Position numbers and translations under genes: made by a program
DNA from: Scyliorhinus canicula
Taxonomy: Eukaryota
Direction of reading: 5' to 3'
Length of the DNA: 64,000 nucleotides
Assembly: GCF_902713615.1 (NCBI RefSeq)
Contig: NC_052149.1
Coordinates: forward strand, 126,917,256 to 126,981,255
In this document: one piece after another, positions 22,631 to 34,974 of the stretch
How positions within the stretch are numbered: position 1 is the stretch's first letter
Layout: each line of letters starts with the position of its first letter
The notes under the pieces: generated by a model
What the model was told of the DNA's origin: nothing
The model's input: only the letters and a program-made list of their open reading frames with translations
Database searches by the model: none

Positions 22631-22966
22631 GAGCAGCACAGCAGCACAGTGGTTAGCACTGCTGCCTCACAGCTCCAGGGACCCGGGTTCAATTCCATTC
22701 TTAGGTGACTGTGTGGAGTTTGCACTTTCTCCCCATGTCTGCCTGGGTTTTCTCCCGGTTCTCCCGGTTCCTCCCATAGTCCAACGATGTGCAGGTTAGA
22801 TGGATTGACCATGCTAAATTGCCCCTTAGTTTCCAAAAGGTTAGATAGGATAACTGGGTTACAGGGAAAGGGTGGAGGAGTGGGCCAAAGTAGGGTGCTC
22901 TTTCCAAGGGCTGGTGCAGACTCGATGGGCTTAATGGCCTCCTTCTGCACTGTAGGGATTCTATGA
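22631..22966 (+). mobile_element. HE1-like SINE with CR1-type tail
   Basis: gcagcacagtggttagcactgctgcctcacagctcc... ending ccttctgcactgtagggattctatga. Confidence 0.88.
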
Positions 22967-23214
22967 CTCATCTAATGGATTCTTTTTGATGATCTGAAGT
23001 GAAAACCTCTCTTTCTGCACAGCCAGACTGAACTGCAAGGAAACCAAAGTCAAGTCACCAGCTGCAGACAGGGTTCAGATGTTTAACTCCATTTTAATAT
23101 CTTGTGTGGGAAGTCTGTTCCTATCTCAGTAAGACTGTTAGTCATTCTGGTGGAGTTGGAAATAAGTAAGAATTAAACTGATCTGAAGCTGTTCCTTTGA
23201 TTCAAGGCCCAGGT

Positions 23215-23726
23215 TATTAAAAGTTGAAGTGCCTCTCCCAGAGGGAGTCCTATTGGCTGGTAGTACTGGCTGAATGCTGCTGCCAGAAGACCATCTCTAC
23301 CGCTACCGGTGGATCGATCCCAAAACATCCTGGCAGGACACCCTGCTGCAATAACTTCAATACCCGAAGAAAGGACACTCATTTTTCATTTCAAATTAAT
23401 CCCCCTTATTATTTTCACCCTTTTCCTCCTCTCTGGGTGTTTCTGTCTTGTGTCTGTTGAGTAGAGGGTGGAATGGGAAAAGGTGGGAATAGCAGATTAG
23501 AAAGCAGATATTCCATTGTGATTGCTGTACATGTCAAATTTGCTTGTGTTATAAATAAACAGTTATCGTTGTCAATTTACAAACCAGGTGGCATTAACTT
23601 ATTGAGCAGTCAAAGAGCCAAAGATTCTGTGAATTTTATACAAATTATTGGTTAATTCACTTGTGTTGGGACTCAGGGGTCTGTGGGGCTGGAATTGACC
23701 GTGCACTAGCCCAGGGTGTCATAACA
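23215..23726 (+). mobile_element. Probable LTR (3' portion)
   Basis: AATAAA at ~23554 and terminal ...GGGTGTCATAACA; 5' boundary unclear. Confidence 0.4.
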
Positions 23727-24040
23727 CTTTCAATAAAGATATCTTTCTTCCTTTTCATATACTCTTTTTTAAAATATATTTGTTTTATATAAATTAGAGG
23801 TTATGGTTATAATCTTATTATCATTATTCAAAAAATTTCCAACACAATACTTGTGAGAGTTGCTCATTCCTGTAACGTGCAGCTTTGAACCTCAGTGAGA
23901 CTCTGAAAGGGATTCTCACCTCTCCTCACAGGGAAACCCTTTATTGTCCGGTGAGTCCCTCCAGACAACTGAATGAGATAAGCTGGGAACTATTCCAGGT
24001 GTAAAAGGGTCTGAGGAAATGATTCAGAGTTAGAAATAGA

Positions 24041-25460
24041 GGGCTGGATTCTCTGATTGCCGACGGCGAAATTGCATTCAGCGAGTGGCCGGAGAATCCA
24101 TTTTGAGGCCAGAATCGGGGGCGGCGCCATTTTTCAGAGGCTCTGCCCCCTCCAAAATGGCGACATTGGGGTATATGCCGCACTCTGTTGGGACGGCCTC
24201 AGGATGTCACCTGAAGGCCCTCACCCGATGCTCCATGCCCAATGGACCCACTTTCCGACGATGTGGATCACTTGTGGTCTGAGATTTTGTCAACCTGGTG
24301 TGGTGGCTGCGGAGTGTGTCCAGCACCGCGGCAGTCAGGGGGTGGAGCCGTTCCATTGGCCGGGGGGGGGGCTTCGGCGGGAGCTGGGGGGACTGGTGGG
24401 GGGATAGTCCGGGGTTGGCGAGAGGGGTTACGGGGGGGGGGGTACTACCTGGCAGGCTGGGTCCACGCATGGCTGGCACCATATTGTACGGTACGGCCGC
24501 AGCAGTTTGCTGCCGTGCACATTCGTGGCCATGATCCGCCAATTCTCTATTCGTATCTGCAGGTAAAGCCGGGGGTTTTACATAGCCATGCTTCTGGCCC
24601 CCCCCCCCCCCCCCACTGGGCGGCGCCAACCTTTTCATCGTAGTACTAGGTACATGCTCCGGACATAGCCTCAAAGTCGGAGAAAGCAGCCCAGATTTCA
24701 GGAAAAACACACAGGACGGGATTCTCCTTTTCTGAGATTAAGGACTGGATTCTCCGATTTTGAGGCTATGTCCGAAAGAAGTGTCGAGTTTTAGGATGGA
24801 ACAGTTGGCATTGCCCTCGCACCGATGCTCTGCCCGGTGGGGGGCTAGCAGTTGGCATTGCCCTCGCACCGATGCTCTGCCCGGTGGGGGGCTAGCATTT
24901 GGCAGTGCCCTCGCTCCCGCCAGGTGAGGGGCCAGCAGTTGGCAGTGCCCTCGCACCGATGCCCCGCAAGGTGGGGGGCTAGCAGTTGGCAGTGCCCTCG
25001 CACCGATGCTCTGCCCGGGGTAGGGGGCTAGCAGTTGGCAGTGCCCTCGCACCGATGCTCCGCCCGGGGTGGGGGGCTAGCAGTTGGCAGTGCCCTCGCA
25101 CCGATGCTCCGCCCGGGGTGGGGGGGCCAGCAGTTGCCCCACATAAAACCCACAGCATTCCCGACAGAAACGGCCAGGGAATTGCCGGGGCCGTGGCTGC
25201 GCATGCTCACAGCGGCATCCTGCAGCGGTTGCGCCACACAACATGGTGCGGCCGCATGCGCACCCGGTCTGCCAGATAATCCCCCTCGCCATCCCCGGGC
25301 AACCCCCAACCAGTCCCCTCAGCCCCCACTGAAGACCCCCCCCCGGCCAATGGAACGGCTCCACCCCCTGACTGTGGCAGTGATGGACACTCACCACCCC
25401 CACCCAATCCCACCCCCATCCCACCCCCATCCCTCCCCCCCCACCCCCACCTCCTATACC
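24041..25460. mobile_element. Compound Harbinger-type MITE/non-autonomous elements
   Basis: GGGCTGGATTCTC TIR starts at 24041 and ~24743; 24330-24400 recurs inverted at ~25310-25380. Confidence 0.6.
24802..25140 (+). repeat. ~48-bp tandem repeat inside a MITE, ~7 copies
   Basis: CAGTTGGCAGTGCCCTCGCACCGATGCTC recurs at 24802, 24849, 24897, 24936, 24983, 25032, 25081. Confidence 0.85.
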
Positions 25461-25464
25461 ACCT

Positions 25465-28400
25465 ATACCTTCGTCCAGATCATTTATGTATATCACAAAC
25501 AACAGTGGTCCGAGCACGGATCCCTGTGGAAAACCGCTAGTCACCTTTCTCCATTTTGAGAAACTCCCTTCCACCTGTTGCCTCTGTCTCCTGTTGCCCA
25601 GCCAGTTCTTTATCCATCTAGCTAGTACACCCTGAACCCCATACGACTTCACTTTTTCCATCAACCTGCCGTGGGAAACTTTATCAAATGCTTTACTGAA
25701 GTCCATGTATATGACATCTACAGCCCTTCCCTCATCAATCAACTTTGTCACTTCCTCAAAGAATTCTATTAGGTTTGTAAGACATGACCTTCCCTGCACA
25801 AAACCATGCTGCCTATCACTGAGAAGTCTATTTTCTTCCAAATGTGAATAGATCCTATCCCTCAGTATCTTCTCCAATAGTTTGCCTGCCACAGACGTCA
25901 AGCTCACAGGTCTATAATTCCCTGGATTATCCCTGCTACCCTTCTTAAACAAAGGGACAACATTAGCAATCTCCAGTCCTCCGGAACCTCACCCGTGCTC
26001 AAGGAGGCTGCAAAGATATCTGTTAAGGCCCCAGCTATTTCGTCCCTCGCTTCCCTCAGTAACCTGGGATAGATCCCATCCGGTCCTGGGGACTTGTCCA
26101 CCTTAATGCCTTTTAGAATACCCAAAACCTCCCCTTTCCTTATGCCGATGTGACCTAGAGTATTTAAACATCCATCCCTAGCCTCAACATCCGTCTTGTC
26201 CCTCTCCTTTGTGAATACCGATGCCAAGTACTCATTAAGAATCTCACTCATTTCCTCTGACTCCACGCATAAATTCCCTCTTTTGTCTTTGAGTGGGCCA
26301 ATCCTTTCTCTAGTTACCCTCTTGCTCCTTATATATGAATAAAAGGCTTTGGGATTTCCCTTAACCCTGTTAGCCAAAGATATTTCATGACCCCTTTTAG
26401 CTCTCTTTATTGGGTTTGAGATTTGTCTACCTTCCTGATATTCCTCCAAAGCTTCATCAGTTTTGAGTCGCCTTTTTCATCTTAGCTAGTCTCACAATTC
26501 CACCCGTCATCCGTGGTTCCCTAATCTTGCCATTTCTATCTCTCATTTTCACAGGAACATGTCTGTCCTGCACTCTAATCAACCTTTCCTTAAAAGACAC
26601 CCACAGTTCAAATGTGGATTTACCCTTAAACAGCTGCTCCCAATCCACATTCCCTAGCTCCTGCCGAATTTTGTTATACTTGGCCTTTCCCCAATTTAGC
26701 ACTCTTCCTTTAGGACCACTCTTGTCTTTGTCCATGAGTATTCTAAAACTTACGGAATTGTGATCGCTATTCCCAAAGTACCCACCGACTGAAACTTCAA
26801 CCACCTGGCCGGGATCATTTCCCAATACCAGGTCCAGTATGGCCCCTTCCCGAGTTGGACTACTTACATACTGCTCTAAAAAACTCTCCTGGATGCTCCT
26901 TACAAATTCTGCTCCATCTACACCTCCAACAATACATGAGTCCCATTCACTGTTGGGGAAGTTAAAATCTCCCATCACAACCACCCTATTGTTCTATAAT
27001 CTGTCTACATATTTGTAACTCTACTTCAAGCTTGCTTTTGGGAGGCCTGTAGTAAAGTCCCAACAATGTTACTGCACCCTTCCTATTTCTTAGCTCTATC
27101 GATATTGCCTCAGTGCTCGAATCCTCCATCGTGCCCTCCTTAATCACAGCTGTGATATCATCTCTGACTAGTAATGCAACTCATCCACCCCTTTTACCTC
27201 CCTCTCTATCCCTACTGAAGCATCTATACCCTGGGATATTTAGTTTCCAGTCTTGCCCTTCCCTCAACCAAGTCTCAGTAATACCAATAACATCATATTC
27301 CCAGGTATTAATCCAAGCCCTAAATTCACCTGCCTTACCTGCGACACTTCTCGCATTAAAACAAATGCACCACAGACCACCTGTCCCTTTGCGTTCATCA
27401 TCTCTTCCCTGTCTACTCTCCCCCTTAGTCACATTGAGTTTATTATCTGGTACCTTACTGGCTTTAGTTGCTGCCTCTTTACTGACCTCTAACTCCCTAA
27501 TCTGGTTCCCATTCCCCTGCCAGATTAGTTTAAAACCTCCCCAACAGTGTTAGCAAAAGCACCCCCTAGGACATTGGTTCCAGTCCTGCCCAGGTGTAGA
27601 CCATCCGATTTGTAATGGTCCCACCGCCCCCAGAACCGGTTCCAATGTCCCAAAAATCTGAACCCCTCCCTCCTGCACCATCTCTCAAGCCACATATTCA
27701 TTCTGACTATTCTTGAATTTCTACTCTGACTGTCCCGTGGCACTGGTACCAATCCTGAGGTTACTACCTTTGAGGTCCTACTTTTTAACTTATCTCCTAA
27801 CTCCCTAAATTCTGATTGTAGGACCTCATCCTGTTTTTTACCTATATCGTTGGTGTCTTTATGCACCACGACAACTGGGTGTTCACCCTCCCCCTTCAGT
27901 ATGTCCTGCAGCCGATCTGAGACGTCCCTGACCCGTGCACTCGGGAAGCAACATTCCAATTGGGAGTCTCATTTTCGACCACAGAAATGCCTGTCTACTC
28001 CCCTTACGATTGAATCCCCTATGACTATAGCCCTGCCAGTCTTTTCCCGCACTTCTGTGCAACAGAGCCAGCCACGGTGCCATGAGCCTGGCTACTACTG
28101 CCTTCCCCTGGTGAGTCATATCCCCCAACAGTATCCAAAACGGTATACCTGTTTTGGAGGGAGATGACCGCAGGGGACACCTGCACTGCCTTCCTGCTCT
28201 TTCTCGGCCTTTTGGTCACCCATTCCCTGTCTCCTTCACCAATACTAATCTGCGTGTGACCAACTCACTGAATGTGCTATCCACGACCTCCTCAGCATCG
28301 CGGATGCTCCAAAGTGAGTCCATCCGCAGCTCCAGAGCCATCATGCGGTCTAACAGGAGCTGCAGCTGGACACACTTCCTGCACATGAAGGAGTCAGGGG

Positions 28401-28700
28401 CATCGGCCGCGTCCCTGAACTCCCACATTGAGCACGAGGAGCATAACACGGGTCTGGGATCTCCTGCCATTTTTACCCTTTACCTTAACTGATTACAAAT
28501 ATAATATCAAATAATGAATAAGTGAAAGGAATAAGGATTCTACTTACCAATCAGGTTATCGCTTTGCTGTGATGTCACTCTTCAAGGTAAGTTTTTAAAG
28601 ATGACCCCTGGCCACTGTTCCCGCTGGAAATCTGAAGGCTGCTTCTCCTGAAGGCTGTGACGTCCAAGTTCAACTTCTTTCTACTTCTACCTGCCCTCGA
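25465..28700 (-). mobile_element. CR1 LINE with 5' UTR, ORF1 (Zn-finger + SGNH esterase) and ORF2 (EN, RT), lacking its 3' end
   Basis: CSSCSMW...MCRKC; TNDIG...DGLHL esterase; CFNARS...ITETWL; [28 protein letters not shown], then an abrupt junction. Confidence 0.92.
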
Positions 28701-30342
28701 GCCTTCTTCTTGATCTTTACTCGGCTGGGATCCTTACAGCGGTTGTGTTTTTTTTTTTGCAACAGCCAATCAGTGGCTCCGAGCTACTGCCCTCTGCTGG
28801 ATGCTTGCCTGGAGGATCACTTGCGTCTCGACCAGGGTCTCGATGCCCGAGGCCTTGGAGAACAGGGAGTGGACCATCTCTGTCTGGGTCTATACCACAT
28901 TACCCAATGGCTGTGCCACCACCCTCTGGGTCTGTGCCACATCAGCCAGTGACTGTGCCACCTCCCTCTGGGTCTGTGCCACATCAGCCAGTGACTGTGC
29001 CACCTCCCTCTGGGTCTGTGCCACATCAGCCAGTGACTGTGCCACCTCCCTCTGGGTCTGTGCCACATCAGCCAGTGACTGTGCCACCTCCCTCTGGCAC
29101 TGGCCCAAGTCAGCCAGTGCCCGGGCAATGCCATCGACGCCCTCAACCATGACCTGTTGTGACTGTGCCACGCTCTAGAGCGCCATTACAATGTCCAGGT
29201 GGCTCTGGTACATGGCTGTCTGTGACAGCACAACCCTGTACTGGGGCTCGGCCCTCACCCACACAGAGTGCCCCAGACCTTGGACATCCTGACACATGGC
29301 CAATACCTTTGCCCACAAAACCTTCACAGCGGGTGGCACCCATGCTGTGTTGGTCTGGGCAGCACGCATGGTCGGCACCATACCCTGCCCCTGCAGTCCA
29401 TTGGACTTCTCGCACTGCACCTGCAGGCGCTGGATGATTGCTGACAGCCCCTCCTGTAGTCCCCGGCTCTGTGACTGTATCTCCATTATTGATGGGACCG
29501 TCGTTTCCAGAATCCCGCAACCCATCCTGCAGCACCTAGTCCCTGTCAGGCTGCCCTCCAACCGTCTGCCCACTCGGGAGTTCCTACCTCCACCTGATGT
29601 ACCACAGTACGTGGTGGTGGGGCGGTGTGGGTGTGGTGGCAGTGGAGGAGTGGATGGGGAGGGAGCATGGGGTGGAGGTGCTGGTGGTGACATATGGGTG
29701 CCATGGGGAACCACAACTCAGTGGGGTCTCAGTTGCTCGCCTGACACCGACCACCGCCTCGGCAACTGCCCTCTCTCCAGGCCCACCAACCAGGTCCAGT
29801 GCCCGCTTCCCCAGTACGGTGAGAGGCTGCAGGTCCGGTAGGCCCCCTCCACTCTCTTCCCTCTCCCGGCGGCTGTGGGTAGCTTTCTCCTGCTGGGGTG
29901 GGGGAGGGAGACAGAAAACACACTGTGTTAGACAATCAGACACATACAACACAGGAGGTGGGCAGATGGTGGCCATTGTGGCCAGGGCACCGGCCATGGC
30001 AGCCAGTATGGGTGCTGGCATGTGCTGCAGGGTGGGGAGTGCTCGCCCTCTGGGTGGGGGAGGCGGGGTTTCGGGGGTTAGTGCCAGGGGCACAGCGCTG
30101 CCGACTTACCTCGGCCTCGTTGAGGAGGTGGTGCAGTCTTTTGTGGCACTGCTGTCCGGACCTGGTGGAGGGGTCCATGACGCTCAAGGCATCTTACACC
30201 TCCATCCAGGCCCGGTGTACGGCAACAGTGACAACCTTCTTCTCACCCCGGGGTACAGGGTAGCCCGCCTTTCCTCCATGGCGTCCAGCAAGGTCTCCAG
30301 CTCAGTGTCTGTGAACCGGGGTGTCGCTCACACTGCTGCCAT
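28700..30342 (-). pseudogene. Harbinger-associated Myb/SANT-like DNA-binding gene with coiled-coil repeats, intron-containing, disrupted
   Basis: MAAV*ATPRFTDTELETLLDAMEERRATLYPG...QQCHKRLHHLL; GTAAGT donor at 30109; CAG acceptor ~29894; heptad repeat (REVAQSLADVAQTQ)n; enclosing element ends with a GAGAATCCCGGCC TIR ~30888. Confidence 0.75.
28915..29100. repeat. 42-bp tandem repeat encoding a 14-aa coiled-coil unit, ~4.5 copies
   Basis: gccacctccctctgggtctgtgccacatcagccagtgactgt. Confidence 0.85.
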
Positions 30343-31174
30343 CTTGTTGTTTGGAATGAGTGTGTGGGGAGTGAAGTGCGACTTTGCAGCAGCAGCTTGT
30401 CAGCCTCTCGACTGTCAATCCCGACTCCGGCAAATCCAACACCGTTTCCCGTTGGAATCAATTGTTTCCCACTTGGCACCGGTGCTAGCCCCATTAACGG
30501 CTAATGAATTGCTCCAGTCGCGCCCGCGCAGTTGACGGGCGCTGGTTGGGGACCGCTAAAGGAGGTCCCCGCGGCGATTCCCCACGGTTGACCAGCCGGG
30601 ATACCGCCGGCATGGTTCACGTATGGCTCCTTCCAATGGGAGATCGGCATCGCGGCTGCGGTGGCCGTCCTGGTGTGGGGAGTGGGCATCGGTCTCCGTA
30701 GGCGGGGGACCTCCACAACGGCCAGGCCCGCAATCGAGGCCCACCAATCGGAGTGCGCGGGCGATCACTGGTGAGGCGGGGCCTACCTTCTCCGTGCTGG
30801 ACCCCCTGTGGGATTCAGAATCGCTGGACCAAGAGGCCCGTTAAAGCCGGCGTGAAACACTTTGCCGCGTTTTTAGAGAATCCCGGCCACTGTCTTCCAG
30901 AAGCTCTTTTAATAATCTAATTATTGACTAAATGGTGAAAAGAGATTGTGAGGACAATGTTACCATGGAGATGAATGGGATACTGTAACCATGGTAGCAA
31001 GGTGATCAGAATGGATTGGGAAGAATAAACTCGGTTTTGCTGCCTCTACGTGGTTATATTGAGATCACATTTATGTTTCCTTAATAAACTGTGATTTAGT
31101 GGAAATGTATATGGACCATCGAGAAAAATGGACAAATTACTGTCAGACTTGTGAGTGAACAAAGGAACACACCA

Positions 31175-31820
31175 CACAGACTAGATTGTGAACTGTGATG
31201 TACCTGTGTACACAGACTGGATTGTGAAGTGTGATGTACCTGTGTACACAGACTGGATTGTGAAGTGTGATGTACCTGTGTGCACAGACTGGATTGTGAA
31301 GTGTGATGTACCTGTGTACACAGACTGGATTGTGAAGTGTGATGTACCTGTGTGCACAGACTGGATTGTGAAGTGTGATGTACCTGTGTACACAGACTGG
31401 ATTGTGAAGTGTGATGTACCTGTGTACACAGACTGGATTGTGAAGTTGTGGTAATACCACTGTATATATATGTGTGTGCCTGTATTAGGGGATGTACAAT
31501 AGTACCGGCTATTACAGGTTTGTCGAAAGCCGCTGCATAGTTTGTCGGTAAGCCGCTGCCGGCTAGCTCCGCCCACAGGAGCAGGATAAATATCCATGAG
31601 GTCTCCTGAGCTGCCATTTTACAGCTCCACTTGAGGTAATAACATCTCACGGTAATAAAGCCTCTTTTGTACCGTTTCGTGTTTCTGTGTGCAATTGTTA
31701 GCGCAACAGCACTGTGATGTGCTTGTATACGCAGACTGGATTGTGAAGTGAGATGTACCTGTGTACACAGACTGGATTGTGAAGTGTGACGTACCTGTGT
31801 AGACAGAGAGGATTGTAAAA
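31175..31820 (-). repeat. Second, inverted copy of the 36-bp minisatellite, split by an LTR-like insert
   Basis: Reverse complement of the unit at 15712-16264. Confidence 0.92.
31447..31708 (+). mobile_element. Short solo LTR-like insert
   Basis: TG...CA ends, AATAAA at ~31657; TSD not evident. Confidence 0.5.
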
Positions 31821-31828
31821 TGTGAGCA

Positions 31829-32121
31829 TTGGTGCGACCATCAATTCACTCGGAGACTCGAGTCAAAGTATACATTCGTTTTAGTGAGCTTACAACATTG
31901 CCTGCCTGCGACCGGTACATTACTGAAGGCGGTCCCGCAGGTCAGCTGCTCTTATACTTCCTGAAAGGGGCGGTGCCATGGGCGGAGCCCCTACATGCTC
32001 CACATCTCCCCCATTGGGTGAAGCCACACAGTGGCCCATAGATGGAGCCCACAGGGTTAATACCATGGTCTAATGCAACACAGTATATTGGTGAATTAAT
32101 AGTTCTTATACATTCACCACA
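31829..32121 (-). mobile_element. LTR-like element
   Basis: Ends TGTGGTGAATG...GGTCGCACCA on the minus strand; a related fragment sits at ~62023-62110. Confidence 0.4.
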
Positions 32122-32235
32122 CACTACAAAAGAGGAAAATCAAAGGTGGCCTGGCATTACCGAACCGGCAATACTTCCACTGGGCAGCAATGGCAGAAAG
32201 ACTGAGAGGATGGGTAAGCAAATCCAACTCAGAGC

Positions 32236-32584
32236 GGGGCAGCACGGTAGCATGGTGGTTAGCATAAATGCTTCACAGCTCCAGGGTCCCAGGTTCGGTT
32301 CCCGGCTGGGTCACTGTCTGTGTGGAGTCTGCACGTCCTCCCCGTGTGTGCGTGGGTTTCCTCCGGGTGCTCCGGTTTCCTCCCACAATCCAAAGATGTG
32401 CGGGTTAGGTGGATTGGCCATGATAGTTTGCCCGTAGTGTCCTTAAAAGTAAGGTTAAGAGGGGGGGGGTGGTTTTGGGTTACGGGTGTAGGGTAGATGC
32501 GTGGGTTTGAGGAGGGTGATCACTGCTCGGCACAACATCGAGGGCCGAAGGGTCTGTTCTGTGCTGTACTGTTCTATGTTCTAT
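32236..32584 (+). mobile_element. HE1-like SINE with (TGTTCTA)n tail, inserted in L1 ORF2
   Basis: GGGGCAGCACGGTAGCATGGTGG head; L1 coding sequence resumes after the tail. Confidence 0.9.
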
Positions 32585-32830
32585 GGGTGCGGATGGAGGA
32601 GGCCTCCTGCAAGGGGACCCTCCAGGCATTGGCTCCAGCAGCACTCCCATCCCCTTCGGCAAAATATACATCAAGCCCAGGGGTAGCGGCCACACTGAAA
32701 CCGTGGGGCCCAATTACAGCAGCACTTCAGGCTGACTAGGATCTGCCCCGTGGCCCCCATCTGTGACAATCACAGATTCCCCCCCCCCCCCTCCCAGCCA
32801 TGCCAGACACCACCTTCAGCAAATGGAGAC

Positions 32831-33930
32831 AGGACAGGGTCACGCTGACAGTTAGGGGCTTTTACACAGGGCACAGAGTGGCAGCACTGGACAAACTGAC
32901 GGAGGACTGGGAACTGCCAACAGGACAGGGACACGCTGACAGTTAGGGGCTTTTACACAGGGCACAGAGTGGCAGCACTGGACAAACTGACGGAGGAATG
33001 GGAACTGCCAACAGGACAGGGACACACTGACAGTTAGGGGCTTTTACACAGGGCACAGAGTGGCAGCACTGGACAAACTGACGGAGGAATGGGAACTGCC
33101 AACAGGACAGGGACACGCTGACAGTTAGGGGCTTTTACACAGGGCACAGAGTGGCAGCACTGGACAAACTAACGGAGGAATGGGAACTGCCAACAGGACA
33201 GGGACACGCTGACAGTTAGGGGCTTTTACACAGGGCATAGAGTGGCAGCACTGGACAAACTGACGGAGGAATGGGAACTGCCAACAGGACAGGGACACGC
33301 TGACAGTTAGGGGCTTTTACACAGGGCACAGAGTGGCAGCACTGGACAAACTGACGGAGGAATGGGAACTGCCAACAGGACAGGGTCACACTGACAGTTA
33401 GGGGCTTTTACACAGGGCACAGAGTGGCAGCACTGGACAAACTGACGGAGGAATGGGAACTGCCAACCGGACAGGGACACGCTGACAGTTGGGGCCTTTT
33501 ACACAGGGCACAGGGTGGCAGCACTGGACAAACTGACGGAGGAATGGGATCTGCCAACAGGACAGGGACACGCTGACAGTTAGGGGCTTTTACACAGGGC
33601 ACAGAGTGGCAGCACTGGACAAACTGACGGAGGAATGGGAACTGCCAACAGGACAGGGACACGCTGACAGTTAGGGGCTTTTACACAGGGCACAGAGTGG
33701 CAGCACTGGACAAACTGACGGAGGAATGGGAACTGCCAACAGGACAGGGACACGCTGACAGTTAGGGGCTTTTACACAGGGCACAGAGTGGCAGCACTTG
33801 ACAAACTGACGGAGGAATGGGGACTGCCAACAGGACAGGGACACGCTGACAGTTAGAGGCTTTTACACAGGGCACAGAGTGGCAGCACTGGACAAACTGA
33901 CGGAGGAATGGGAACTGCCAACAGGAAAGG
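32831..33930 (+). repeat. 91-bp minisatellite, ~12 copies, derived from L1 ORF2
   Basis: AGGACAGGG recurs at 32831 and 32922; the last unit reads through into ...LDKLTEEWELPTGKEMKHLRIKHFLR. Confidence 0.92.
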
Positions 33931-34375
33931 AAATGAAACACCTGCGAATAAAGCACTTCCTCCGCAAAGAGACAGTCGGGTACCCCAGGGCCCCAGAGAC
34001 CACACTACTAAAGAACCTGATGAATACAGACAGTAAAGAAGGGGGAAAATATACAGACAGCTTCTGGACAGAGCCCGAACACCATTGGACGAGACCGGAT
34101 GGAAATGGGAAGATGAACTGGGGACAGATGTAGGGTGGGGACTCTGGAGCGAAGCACTGAGCAGGGCTAACTCCACCTCCTCCTGCGCAAGGCTCAGCCT
34201 AATGCAGCTCAAAGTGGTGCACAGAGCGCTCCTGACCAGAACCCGAATGAGCAGGTTCTTCCCGGATGTAGGGGATAAATGTGAACGGTGCCAGAGGGGC
34301 CTGGCCAACCACACCCATATGTTCTGGGCTTGCCCCAAACTTGCTGTGTTCTGGACAGCCTTCTCTGAGGCAATA

Positions 34376-34486
34376 GGGAGGCACAGTAACACAGTAATTA
34401 GCACAGTTGCTTCATAGCTCCAGGTCCCAGGTTCAATTCCCGGCTTGGGTCACTGTCTGTGCGGATTCTGCACGTTCTCCCCGTGT
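34376..34486 (+). mobile_element. SINE head fragment
   Basis: gcacagtaacacagtaattagcacagttgcttcatagctccagg...ggttcaattccc. Confidence 0.7.
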
Positions 34487-34974
34487 CAAATGCTGCCTCG
34501 ATTTCAAGGGCAGTCACTCTCAGAGAAGGAAGGGCTGGAGAGACACAAAAGAGACAATGCGGGAGGGAGGCCCCTCAGCCACCGCCCCCCTCCCCCCACC
34601 CCAGCCAATGGAGAAACATGGCCGAAGCCGACAGGGGGAAAAAAGAAAGAGGAGGGAGAAGGGGAGAAGAAGGGGGAAACCCCCACCCCCCCCATACCAG
34701 CCAGGGAGGTCACAAGGGGGGAGGGGAGGGGAGGGGCGGGCTGGTGGCGGGGGTGGGGGAGGACTACACTCCGAGCCAGATGGCGGCAGACTGCACACAG
34801 GAAAACTCAAGGGAAGGAAAAGACAAACCTTTCTGTGTTGTACAGTAAATGAACACGACCAGTAATGTATATAATTGTTTAGAATTCTTGAAAATACAAA
34901 TAAAATATTTTTTAATATACCCCACCTCACTCCCACCTTTCTCCACCCCTCCACTGTCGCTAAATTATCTGACT

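Larger units (their letters stand above)
32128..34916 (+). mobile_element. 5'-truncated L1 (ORF2 C-terminal part + 3' UTR) interrupted by SINEs and an internal tandem amplification
   Basis: GGLALPNRQYFHWAA (32140-32190), WVRMEEASC, LMQLKVVHR, CERC...HMFWAC; AATAAAA at ~34899. Confidence 0.82.

Noticed and set aside
25077-25952. 291-aa ORF as a novel RT fusion protein
   Set aside because: Chance in-frame read-through from truncated CR1 RT into GC-rich MITE sequence
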